Shown here piece after piece: positions 26,666 through 38,969 of a stretch of 64,000 nucleotides of DNA. Under the pieces are notes generated by a model. It was not told the origin of the DNA. It saw nothing but the letters and a program-made list of their open reading frames with translations, and searched no databases. A program made the position numbers and the translations under genes. Position 1 is the first letter of the stretch. Every line of letters starts with the position of its first letter. Source of the stretch: Lingula anatina (Eukaryota; Animalia; Brachiopoda); contig CM120647.1 of NCBI GenBank assembly GCA_051362555.1, positions 4,836,001 to 4,900,000 on the forward strand, read 5' to 3'.

Positions 26666-27794
26666 TAAAAATGAAAATAAGAAAAATAAATGTGGCTCAG
26701 GCTCTTGTGGAGGACCACAAAACAAACAGTATTATTCATACACGTCTGAGAAATCTTTAAAAGTGAAGGGAACATTTGAATGTGACATATAAGCAGGTAA
26801 AGGAAGAGACCATTTGGAATTTGTAGTAGTGAAATGACATGGGGTTTGATATGAGTTGATTAGATTTGAGAATTTTCAGTGTGGTTAAAAGAATTATAGT
26901 TGGAGGTCATTGTTATTCTGCAAATGTTTGAAAAGACAATTTAAAGAGTGAACTGTCAATTAGCATATATTTGAAAGGACCGTTTCTCTCCAAGAAAGGA
27001 AGGGATGTTGTGTTTTGACTTGACATTTGAATAAACTGTTATTAACTTAGTAGAGTTACTTGTTCCATTGTTAATTCCTTTAATTATTATTAGCTTGTCA
27101 AGGAGCCGGATGTATCATTTCTTAGTGTTATGAATATGAAAAAAGCACAAGCGTTGCAAACTGGTTCAATTCATTGAGTGATTTGAATCGTGATGTAATT
27201 TAATTCAAAAGCATCAACAATATACTGGGGTTTGTCTTTGTGCACATGTAATTCTCTTTTTATTGTACATCTATATCTATGCTAGGGTATACATAATTCT
27301 TTTTCAGAGTTTATATGTATGTAGCCAGCATGCAAGTTGAATACATTGAAACTTTTACTGTATGGTTATTTATAATTTTATTATAACTCTCCATCATCTA
27401 AAAAACAAAGTTTTTTTTTCATTCATTATTCAAGATTTATTCATTACAGAACTACAGTGATTTGTGATTATGATTATTAATGATATGTTTGAATTAGTTT
27501 AAAAATGACAATGTATAATATTATTTAGGTTAAAGTGTGCAAAAATATTTTTCCCCCTCGAACCCATTGTACATGCAGAATTAATTACAATTTTGGTATT
27601 TTTGTGTTAGTTCAGATTCGATGAGCAGCTTTGTTTTGTAAAAAAAATGTATATAAGTGACATTTTCCCCTGTTTAGTGTCTGAATATTTGCCCTTTTGC
27701 AGTGTTGTTATTTTAAACTTACATTGTTTTGTACAAAAAGACAAGTTTCTTTTTTATTAAATGTATTGACACTGTATTTACTGTTGATTTGGTT

Positions 27795-27825
<31 letters not shown>

Positions 27826-28517
27826 ATTTTAACATAATTGAACAGATTTTAACTTTAACTATAAAATGAAGCCATAAATAAAGTGAATCAGGCCTTTTAA
27901 AACTGAAAACATCCTGTAGAACTTAATGTATAGGGTTAATATAAGGTTCATTCATAAATAACTTTTATGTAACTAAATAAATATTCAGTTAATATAATTT
28001 TCAGACTTTATCTAAAGTAGGAATTTTCAGCAATGAAATTTGGCCATGAAATCACCACTATGATATAATAAAGAATATATTTGTGTTGGAGACAGACAAA
28101 GTGTTGTTGTTTTTGCTTATAATTTCGTTAAGTCAATTAATCACTTACTTTGGAAAAAAAAAGGTAATTTTGGGCCTACGTAGGGCCAATAAGCTGGATG
28201 GCATAATTACATTGGGCCAACATCGTACCAACGCCATAACCCTGATGCTGGGCCACCATCGGGCCAACCATTACCCACCATTGGGCCAACGTCGGCCCAC
28301 CATCAGGCCAACGTCAGCTGGTCGGCAAAACGACGTTGGGCCGACGTCGGGCCGACCGATGGCCGATGAGCACGGACGTCGGCCCGACGCCGGCACCGTC
28401 GCTGGCCCGACGTCGGCCCAGTGTACTGGTCGGCCTTACGACGTTGGCGCGACGTCGTAAGGCCAACCATGCCGACGTTGGCCCAGCATCGGGCCAACGC
28501 CTTCTTGCTATCTGGGG
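25192..28517. mobile_element. EnSpm/CACTA-like non-autonomous element (about 3.3 kb)
   Basis: Perfect TIR CCCCAGATAGCAAGA ... TCTTGCTATCTGGGG; arrays of near-palindromic CGTTGGGCCAACG subterminal repeats at both ends; 2-bp TSD ambiguous by one base. Confidence 0.8.
25681..27219 (+). mobile_element. Internally deleted Gypsy-type LTR retrotransposon nested in the EnSpm-like element
   Basis: Two diverged LTRs of about 215 bp (25681-25895, 27006-27219) with TG...CA ends; PBS TGGCGACGAGGA at 25897; PPT AAGAAAGGAAGGGA before the 3' LTR; gag-like RWTRWLYSFKVF and protease-like DSGAYCNII relics. Confidence 0.85.
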
Positions 28518-29928
28518 ACGCTATAAATTGATGAAAATGGGGTTCCATTTTTGTCGTCGTTTTGGAGATGCGCTAATTTCCCCACACAAAATGGGTAAAA
28601 TTTGTAGGAGACACGCCTTGTTATATATCATTTGAAAGTTCATGATCTCGTCTTTCTGTAGGATGTAATTGTTTAAAAATATTTTACGTTTCCTGCGATA
28701 CATAACCACTGTAATTCGGTGAAGCCAGACAAATCGATTTTGCCGACTTTTACACCGACTTCACGGGAATATGAACACTTTGCCAACGAGTTGGGACCCA
28801 AACGCAACATGTGTTTCATATCAACACAAAGCACATTTGTTTACCTTTCAGAATATATATAAAACGCTGGTGATATCAACATTGTAGCAATTTTGTTTAA
28901 ATTGAAACACCCAAGTGTCACACGCTTCAAAAATGCGAGTGCTTGGCGTCGAGTTCACCTCTCGCTAAAAAAAGTGGACAAAGCTGAATTTTCAATATAT
29001 ATATACTGCCAGAGACCCAGTTTAACCAGCTTTCATGATTTAGCTTTTAAAACTTTGTACAATTTAAACTTCTTATAGAGATCTTCAAATAGAAAATTTG
29101 GGACACCTGAAACGGGACCGCATTTGCAATCACCCGCGTGGATAAATCTTCCATTTTACCGTTCTGAATCTATTTTTTATGACAACTAACCTTGAAATTC
29201 CGAATCCCTAGATATTCCCGCTTCTTTTTATATATCTATCGTTTAATCACATCAACTGTTGACAAAACTACACATGAAAATACGAAGAGCTCAAAAGTCG
29301 TAAATTTTCACTCGATTTTGCTGAAAGTAGTGCGAAGTAGTTGCTGAAAGTAGTGCGAGGGTCAAATATGGTGACCTAATAAAAAGCATGCCGTCTTATC
29401 CGCATATAGACACTGAATATATTCCCCGTACTATTCAAGTGGGTTGGTCATACTTGACCCTCGGACTTGTTGCCAACTGTTCTGAATGCGGCCTAAGCCT
29501 TTACATATGATGCAATGGGAACTGATTGGATATTTGCGCCAGATTGTTCAATTATAAATAAGGCAATGGTTATATTTAATCGATTCGATTTTAAAATGAG
29601 GGAGAGTGATCGTAAAATTGTTATCAAGAGAGAGATAGGCAAAAAGCTATCAGTCAACGATCAGTGAAGTTAATTCTAACTGTTCTAAACCGCATATGCA
29701 AACCATCCCAGCATTCCACTGACATCAAAGGGAAACCAATCATCAGATATTTGGTTTCTCTGAAGTACCCCTGGTACCAGTATCAATGTGTCGTGCTATG
29801 GTGAAACGTTATCTAACAGCCCAACACTCGTATTATTTATTTGGTGTAACATATTATATATCGAACCATTGATGTTTTCGTCACCTCAATATAGCTGGCT
29901 ACTTCGCCGATCGTTTCATAACACGACA

Positions 29929-31105
29929 ATGTTGAGGGTGCAGATCTTGGTGTGCGCTCGTAGTGATGAATTGTTTTCATGTTGATGGTGAGTGAACATT
30001 ATCTCACTATATTTGTAGCTTACTTCTTAATTCTTGAGCCGACCTATTTTCTCAGAAAATTAAAGAACGAATATCCGGTCGCTGTGCAAGATGCAGTGCA
30101 TGCACCAATGTTTGCAAAGTACTTCTGTTGTCAACGGACTGACACCAGTGTTGTGTCAGTCAGTGGCGCATGTTCATCCTTCTGTAGACTGCAATGGCCA
30201 TGATCTATGATTTTAAAAGTTTTCGTGCCTATTTTATTCATATGTGACCGTATGGTGAGCAGGACGTTGTTTGAAAAGAAAATGCATTTGAGGTAGCTTT
30301 GAACATAAATGAATGCCTGTCGATTTTCATTCAAAATATTGGTTCGATTTTTACGGTAACAATCTCATGCAATATGTTTTTTTTTTTTATAAAACAAGAT
30401 AATATTTTAAATGGAAGCACAGATGTCTACTAGCTATTATTTGTATGGTATTGTAATAATACCATGTAGCAGCAGGCAGGAAAAACACGCACATGTTGGT
30501 GTACAAAAGGTGTATACGTATATTCTAAAGCTTACAAGCTTTCTCTTCTCATGTCACATTACAATATTATGGCATATCATACATATTCTCTATGTTTTTC
30601 TCTGTAATTTTGCATTCCAAACAATACATCGATCTACAAAAGTTCATGTTGCTGGTGTGATGATTGACCAAAGTTCACAATTTCTATTAATGTTAGCTGT
30701 CTATTATCTCATCAGAGAGGAATGGCAACTAATATAGATTTCCATCATCCCATCATAAACGAATGGTAGCGAAATCTTTCTTGTTGCTATTTGTTACTTC
30801 TTGTTCATTGTACTCTTTTAAATATTTCCTATTCACTTTCTTCCTCACTGGCATGATTCATATTCGTCATTGCCTAAACTAATTAATAAATATTGTCCAA
30901 TTATTTATAGCAACATTTGTTTAATTTAGGAGCACTGCCATTGCCACTATCGGTCTCTGAACGAAGAATTCCGTGTACAAGTAACGCTGATTGCGCATGC
31001 CCCAGCCACGCCCCTCCCCGGCCTCGGGGTTTTAATAAGTGCAGAGCGTTTTGCAACCATAGTTCTCATGGATTATATTGCAATGTGAATTACTACAAGA
31101 GATGA
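29929..31105 (+). pseudogene. Divergent peptide gene copy D; exon 1 (29929-29987) has a 2-nt deletion, exon 2 (30930-31105) is intact
   Basis: Exon 1 is 59 nt versus 61 nt in paralogs, with the same GATG|GTGAGT donor; exon 2 reads GALPLPLSVSERR-IPCTSNADCACPSHAPPRPRGFNKCRAFCNHSSHGLYCNVNYYKR*; AATAAA at about 31167. Confidence 0.78.
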
Positions 31106-31439
31106 TGAGTGAAGGAACTGCGTTGAAGACGATGACCTCAGTATAAAGCTAACAAATATTGGTAAAATAAAAAGTAATGAAGATACAGAAATATACTCAG
31201 TGGACAATGTCACATGCTACAAGTTTCAACTTCAAGATTTAATTAAAATTGAATTAATCTAGATTTTAAGGACAAAAAATGATATCATTGTTATAATCGT
31301 CCTTACGGGATTGACAGCCGGTTTACTGTGTATCTCACCTTTCCGGTGTCAAATTTATTTTGCATTAGAATAACATGATGGGTTTATAGTTCATAAAATG
31401 ATGTGGAATCAAAACAAACTAACAAACAAACAAACAAGC

Positions 31440-34330
31440 ATTACAGACGTTTTTAACAAAATCTCCACAGAAAATGCAAAAATTGTTTAGCAGGTAACGG
31501 CAGAACGTCCCAGGCTTGGTAGCATCCCCGTACGCTTTTGAAAATGTGTTATATAGATGCACAGCAAAGGACATTTCCTTTACTTTGCCTTTATCAAGGA
31601 AACATTTTCGTATAACGTAAGGGTACTCAATAGGATAAAAAAGATTGCCGATACAAACGTATGACTATGCGTGACTTATTTCTTGATACCGGGTACATCT
31701 TCAAAACTGTTGACGTCACACATCCACGTGCTATGTTTTCTCGCCTCGCGGGTGAGAATTTGCGGCCCATTTGCCCCCCAAACGCCCAGCCTATAGTTAA
31801 TGAGGTATTATTTTATACACTCACGGATAAATGGACTGTGTTTATCAAATTTGAGAACAGCGGTATTTTAATGTTTTTTTTTCTGTTTTCCCATGCAGTA
31901 ACATTATTCAAAACGTTTACACTCTTTACCAAAATAACGCCAGTGTCCATCTAAACGCCACCGTACAGATATAACAATAGCAACCTGATCAAGTTACTTT
32001 TGTTGGCATACCAATGGCCTTTTGAAATACGGGCATACTTTTCAAAAACACTTTCGAGCCACATGCGAAGGTCTCTGGTTCCAGATTTTCAGTGCGCCTG
32101 AGTAGGTATTCTAGAGTATAGTTCTCGAACTCTACTTGAAAACCTGCTTCATTGAACTCAGAAAACGCCTTCTGTGTCAAAACATTGCTTAGAATGAGCA
32201 CTTTCGAGCTTGGATGGTGGTGAAATATACTCTCGAGTGAACGGCGGTTCCGCTTTGTCTGATTTTTTGTTGTGTACACCTGATAGAACACCGTTCAGTT
32301 GTTTCAATTTTTTTTAACTGCCTGGATTTTTTGAAGGGTGCGAACCCAAATGTTATCGCCGTTTCTCGTAATTTGCGAGATTTTCGTATCGCGTACCACA
32401 AGGAGGCTCGAAAGCGCGTGTAGATATCACGATTTGGGTTCATTTCCGGTTTGTTCCAATTTAAGTTGTCCAGGCTTCGGTAGGTTTCCATCCTGAGGTC
32501 TACAGTAACTGTGTGAAAAAGTTCTTTTAAGCCCTCAGTTTGACGCCTTCCACCTCCAGGTAAGATGTCAGTTTCTACAAAAACTACTGGAATCCCCATG
32601 GCAACGCAAGGAAGAGCGCAATGGATTCTCGGGGTTATAACTAATTTTACGCGTGAATAACTTTCCATCAAACTTTTTGCGGCTTCGTTGCGTGTTAATC
32701 TATTGAATTTATTCGAACTAGGCAAGTTATGGGTGACATTTATAGCTGTTATTCGTATTTGATATGGAGCAATTAATTCTAAAGCGCGTTTGTTCACATC
32801 GACGACAAATATACCCTCTCTTTTAATGGTGGGGTTGAGATTGCGCACTGGAAGTGTCAAACAGCCCGATTTATATACTGAGGAATTTTGGGATTTTAAG
32901 AAATTAAAAGTGACGTCATCAAGACACCCACAGGGCCATGTCTGCCCGTTTCAGTTAGTAATTTCTTCCAGAAATTCGATCCAAATTGCATTGAAAAAAT
33001 CAAAGGGTTTAAATTAACCTTTGATGGCCGTCGTTATACCATCCATTAAGAAATATTGTGATTGCTTCATTGATATTATTGGTTTCGTGGGAAACAATGG
33101 ACCCTCTTCTATACTGATCTTTTGTATCTCTTGTTTTAGATATGTAATTACCTGCAACATTTCGGACCATGTACAAATCCGGATTTATTGCCATTCCTTG
33201 ACTTTCTCTTTTAGTGTTTTCCTCCAAAAAATTGTCAGTATTTTCGGACTGAGCAAATGTTTTTACTACACTGGGGACGCTCCAAGTATCCCTGTCCACA
33301 AATAGGTCAACAAAGGGAAGAAATTGTACCCCTGCTAGCGTGTGAATCTCATCGCCAACATTGATGTCTCTAGCCATCTTCACTCAATTGTCAAAAGTTA
33401 GGATCCCAAAGAGTTCATCTTGCAAAAAAAGGTATTACAGAATCTGCACCGCCCTTTTCAATCGGTCTCTTATCTACCTGACTTAGAACTTTTCATTTCA
33501 ACAAGACTGAAGCAGTGTCCCAATTTTGGATTTGACTTCTACTGAGATTGCTGTATGCCAACTGAATTTCGGCCATGGCATTTTTGACGAACAATGAATG
33601 TCGTTCAAATCTGGATACGAAAAAGATGCCTTCAGTAGACATCCATTCCCCTGTGAAATATTCATCTGGTAAATTCAACGGCATTTTTCTTCTTACATCT
33701 ATGTAAAGTTCACCATATTTCCACAGTACAAGCAAAACACTTATTTCATGTACGGATGCCATATTTACGACCCATGAACAATTTCAGAATGTCGGATCTA
33801 GAGACAAAATCGTCCTGCGGTGTGCCATGAGTTAATTCAGATAACAGTAAACGAAGTGCTGCTACGTGTTTCCACGACGTGCCGCCTATTTGATCTATAC
33901 ATCCACTGCCTCCACATAAAAATATAACGCTTTTCTTTGGATTTAACTAGAGAAAGGTATCTGTTTTATCCATAAACGCTTGTGGAATTGCGGCATAATG
34001 CGACCAGATCAAGACAAAGTGTGATGTCGTATTTTGATGTATGCCCAATCCATGTTCTACTGTAGTTAACGATTCCTCTTCATAGGGTGTTGATGTAGGA
34101 GATTTGGAGCTACTAGTTTTGGATGGCTTAATATCTGATTGCTTCTGTTAACTGGGAAAGAGGGCCCTTCTTATTCTTCTGGTGGATGGACGTAACGGAC
34201 CCGTTCATAGCCAAAAAATTGCCAATTGTTTTAGCTTTGTCCACTGCTGACGACAGGACTGAATTGTCATATAAAGATATAATAATATAATAGTGACATT
34301 AAAAATGTAAGTAAATTTTCAGCCTTCAAT
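31440..34330 (-). pseudogene. Apparently intronless disrupted gene: GT32-like domain + polysaccharide pyruvyltransferase + GT32 (alpha-1,4-glycosyltransferase-like) domain
   Basis: LLVLWKYGELYIDV (about 33700); NVGDEIHTLAGVQFLPFVDLFVDRD, IFLNGWY, GPVGCLD, SGCLTL, RIHCALPCVAMGIPVVFV; RRSLESIFHHHP, RLLLLYLYGGV*MDT, WGANGPQILTR, AVHLYN. Several frameshifts and stops; ends approximate. Confidence 0.8.
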
Positions 34331-35642
34331 ACATGGACAATATTGAAAGCTGAACATTTACATTTCATTTATTTTATTTTCAAAACGCCAAATAGCTCAT
34401 ACTGACATACATTCAGTTGCTGGTGAATCCACCAGACACGTAATTAAAATTACAAATTAAATTCCGACTAAGATCTAAAAAAAAAAACAGGGTTTATATG
34501 TTGTTACTATCTAAATGGCGAATAATGCTTACTTTCAAAACCGTTCATGAATCGGAAGATGTAAATCAATGCCCCAGTCATTAACAGCAGCACAGGTAGA
34601 CGGACTGCCCGCCTGCAACGCAGACATCTACGTAGACTGATCACCGTAGATCTCATCTGACCATACGCCATTGAGGGAGCCAAAGTAAGAAACCCAAGAG
34701 AAAAAAAGCATCAGATTAAATGACGTGCCTCGCCCATGGAGACACCTGCATGATGTGCATATTTAATTAGGGACGATGAAAAGCAATTTATGTTCCCATA
34801 ATAAGGAAAATGTAAAACGGAATATATATACGGCGCTTTACTTGTAGCATAATTCACGCATTAATTATTTTGAACCAAAACTGCTGGTGAGACTGCTGTC
34901 GCCGAGCTGGGTAGACTGCTGCTGGGTAGACCGCTGTGACTAGAGCCGGTGAGAGAACCACTAATGGTGAGACTGCTGAAATCTAATATACGTCCCTGTC
35001 TTACCATAAATGATTCTTACAGACATTCAATTTGCTTTTAAATACAGCGATATCCTGGTACCTTATTTTGGTATTCTATGGCGGTCTCCATCAATATTTC
35101 TTCGTTTATAACTAAGTTATTTGGTTTGTACGGCAGCAATGCATCAAAAGAAAGAAGAGGATCGTGTCGAGCAATGATTCAAAAGTAGGAGACAATTAGT
35201 TACTTTTAAAACTGACTGAATGATATATAATTTATATGAGCTTACCAAACATACAGTAAGCAAGAAGGCATGGGAAACAACACAACTGAAGCATTTGCGG
35301 CAGTTTTATTTGCATGAAGTAGGATGACTTGTTTACAAGACAGCCATTCACTCCCTTATCACGACAAATGAGTACATACGAATATTAAGATATGTTAATG
35401 TAATCTGAATATTTAATAAGATTAATTAATTATTAATAAGATTAATTAAGTATTAAATAACATAAATGGTACATAACGAAGTGCCTCTGAAATATATCAG
35501 GCTTACTTACCATTAAATGGATTAACCAACACCTTGTATTATTCGAATTAAGAAAAAAAAGAAAACAATGATTCTAGGCGTACCTAAACGACACCAAGCC
35601 TTTCTTCTAACAAAAAAAAGTGTCTTATTAGTATTTGGATAT

Positions 35643-35705
<63 letters not shown>

Positions 35706-36694
35706 CACCCCACCAGAAAATTATGAAATGAGTTCATAATGACCTTTAATACAAGCAAGGTAAAGTTTTTAGTTAATTTGAGAGGTAAATTATATTATAT
35801 GAAATTGGTAAATAAGCAAGTTGCGACAGTTTTTTCTCCATATTTTATAATTTTTATTATTATTTTTTAATCTGCTAACTAATAATCAGTGGGAATAATA
35901 TACAACTGCATATTAAAACGCAGTTGGGAAATATCTCCATAAGTCCGTTTTGTCCTGGCGTATCCCTGTAAATATAAGAGTAACATTTGATAAATACTTA
36001 AGCTCGGATTCCAAATACAATAAATGTAAAGCATAAAGGGAGACCAACGATTCCAAGAGATATAAGGAACTTTGTGTACATATGTAAATTTATGAAGTAC
36101 TAGTTTCAAGAAGTGTTGGAAGTCACCATCATTAGTTTAACTGATTATTTTGTTTCTAACACTTAACCTCTATTTCCTTAAACACTTACCATTTAATACA
36201 ATTCATCGCAACACATGTAGCTTATCATCACTTGGCATGGGCAGCCAGAAGGGGCAGGGATTGTCACGTGACAAACCGGACGTGATTGGTTGGTACATAC
36301 GGCGGTTACGGCAGCCTGCACGGTAGCAACGTAGGTCTCATCTGGAATATTTCAATTTGAAAAACAGAAATAACACTATATGTTCCGCATGGCACTTTTT
36401 GAGGGTAAGGAATGCATTGTGGATATGTATCGTAAAATGCAAAAATAATAATGATGAAATAAAATTTAGTAACATGTCAAAACATACGTTATTTTAAAAA
36501 CTCTAAAAATAAATAACATGATGAGTACCTACATAAGATTCACGTTGGTTTTTAAATGCAATTTAATAATAAAAAAAATATCCATGTATTTTGAGTCTTT
36601 ATTTCCAAAGTTATGACAATTTGATATTCCAATCGATGTCCATATTGGGCGCTTTATCAGTCTTTATAATTACCAAACAACACACACACACACA

Positions 36695-36793
<99 letters not shown>

Positions 36794-37306
36794 ACCACAA
36801 TAAGAAACCCATTATATAGGGAAAAAACAGTCTCGGCTTACCATAGTTTTGGATACTTTCAATCAGTACAATCCCACATCTAAAGGTGACATAATTGTCA
36901 TTTGTGTTAGCTAGCCGGAAATTCACGCAAAGATCATGAAGCCTATTTCCTAGAAATCACAATGAAAGTCACAGTGTTAATACCAGTTGTTTAAAAAAAT
37001 CATCTTCAAATCATGTCACATGTACGGTTTTATAGAACATACCAGTACATACAGCTTTACACCTTATATAGCAAAAGGAAATTATGATATGTAAAACCGG
37101 ATTTAAGTAATGCTTGTTGTTTTTGTATCAATTCTGTAATTGAGATGAAAACTGTCAAACTTTATTGCCAACGGTAATAACAGAAAAAAATATGGGGATA
37201 TGAATCTACTGTGTGCGGTTATATATATGGGCCTGCAACAGAATCCTTTATCATATAAAAGCTATTTTTGTCATGTTATATCCGAATTTTACAATAGGAT
37301 ACTAAC

Positions 37307-37528
37307 CTCTGTAGTGTTGGAATGAACCCGGTGATCCACCAATTGTTGTACAACACGGCTTTTGGGTGCAGTTTTCATATACTTCTGGAAGTTGGCCACA
37401 GTCATCACCACGGCAATCTGGGACGGGGTATATACACTCCTTGGTACGTGACCGAGTCACTGTTCCTGGCAGTCCACAAGTAGCAGTGCAAGAAGACCAC
37501 GGTAACCAATTACTCAGATAACCATCCA
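37307..37528 (-). CDS. TSP1-domain exon (phase 1-1)
   Basis: VDGYLSNWLPWSSCTATCG...TRSRTKEC; AG/GT boundaries, 222 nt. Confidence 0.85.
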
Positions 37529-37948
37529 CTGGAACATAAGCATTAAAATGTCATCGCCGCCCCCAAAAGGGATATAAGGTTCCCATTAGTAGGTTCCGAA
37601 TATTGCCTTATCGCCTGTTCATGATGACGTAAGATTGTTTGTTTGTTCGAAACATAACGCAAAACTTTTTGGACGAACCTTGATGATATTTGCAGGATAG
37701 GTCACATATGTACCAAAGAACAGATGAGTAGATTATTTTGGGGGTGATATGGATAAAAACCAAAACGGGTTCTGCGTCGAAGCTTCACATGTTATAATAT
37801 TCACACCTTAATATAATTGAATTGTTTACGTCATGCACATTGTTGGGAAGTTACAACCTGGTCTCTTGCATCACACGTCGCCTGACATGATTATATTGAA
37901 GTCCGCGCTCTTGTGGGGTACATGGTTTGGGCTATGTCTATACAGCAT

Positions 37949-38012
<64 letters not shown>

Positions 38013-38021
38013 CTTCTTTAC

Positions 38022-38192
38022 CTGGGCAACAGGGGGCACTACAAGACTGTGTCTCGATTGTCGCACCCACACATGTGGCGCCACCGTGAGCGGGTTCAGG
38101 ACACTTGCACTCCCTATAGCGTGTCTGTGTACCATTTTCACACGTCACTGGGCAATCATTCCAATCGCTGTACGTGCACCATCCGCCGTGAA
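38022..38192 (-). CDS. TSP1-domain exon (phase 1-1)
   Basis: VHGGWCTYSDWNDCPVTCENGTQTRYRECKCPEPAHGGATCVG; 171 nt, AG/GT boundaries. Confidence 0.88.
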
Positions 38193-38266
38193 CTGGGGGG
38201 CAATAAAAGTACATAATGAAATATAGTTTTAGGTTTGGTCAATGAAACGTCTGTTTTAACTGCGAT

Positions 38267-38313
<47 letters not shown>

Positions 38314-38342
38314 GGAGAAAGTAGGAGAGAGGGGGTCGTTAC

Positions 38343-38513
38343 CTGGGCAAGGGGGGCCACTACAAGACTGAGTCTCGGTTTTGGCACCTACACAGTCGGC
38401 GCCACCGTAGGAGGGTTCAGGGCATTTGCACTCCTCAGAGCGTGTCTGTGTACCATTTTCACACGTTACCGAGCAATCACTCCAATCGCCGTACGGGCAC
38501 AATCCGCCGTCAA
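38343..38513 (-). CDS. TSP1-domain exon (phase 1-1)
   Basis: VDGGLCPYGDWSDCSVTCENGTQTRSEECKCPEPSYGGADCVG; 171 nt, AG/GT boundaries. Confidence 0.88.
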
Positions 38514-38901
38514 CTGAAGAGTCTGTGAACGTAGAATTGTATATTTTATTCCACTTTTGGAGGGACAACATTATAAGCAATACTTGAATATAAAACAGTT
38601 ACAGAAACTATTAATTTTGTTAAGCAAACTAAGTTAAAGCAAACGATACAATGTTATAACCAATACATGGCGGCCTATTGTTTGCGTCTTGACCGGGGCT
38701 ACCACCTGGTGGATCATGTGGTAATGGACCAGGATGAAAGAAGCACGTGACAATAGTAATCATATTGAAGAACTAATTTACACTAGACCAAAGAGAACAA
38801 TAAAAAAAGCCAGGTTACATAAAAGATTGTGTATTAAAGTGACAGTTTAATCATATATATGTAATAAGGATGAAGACAGATCCCAGTCCTGAAGAAAAAA
38901 A

Positions 38902-38969
<68 letters not shown>

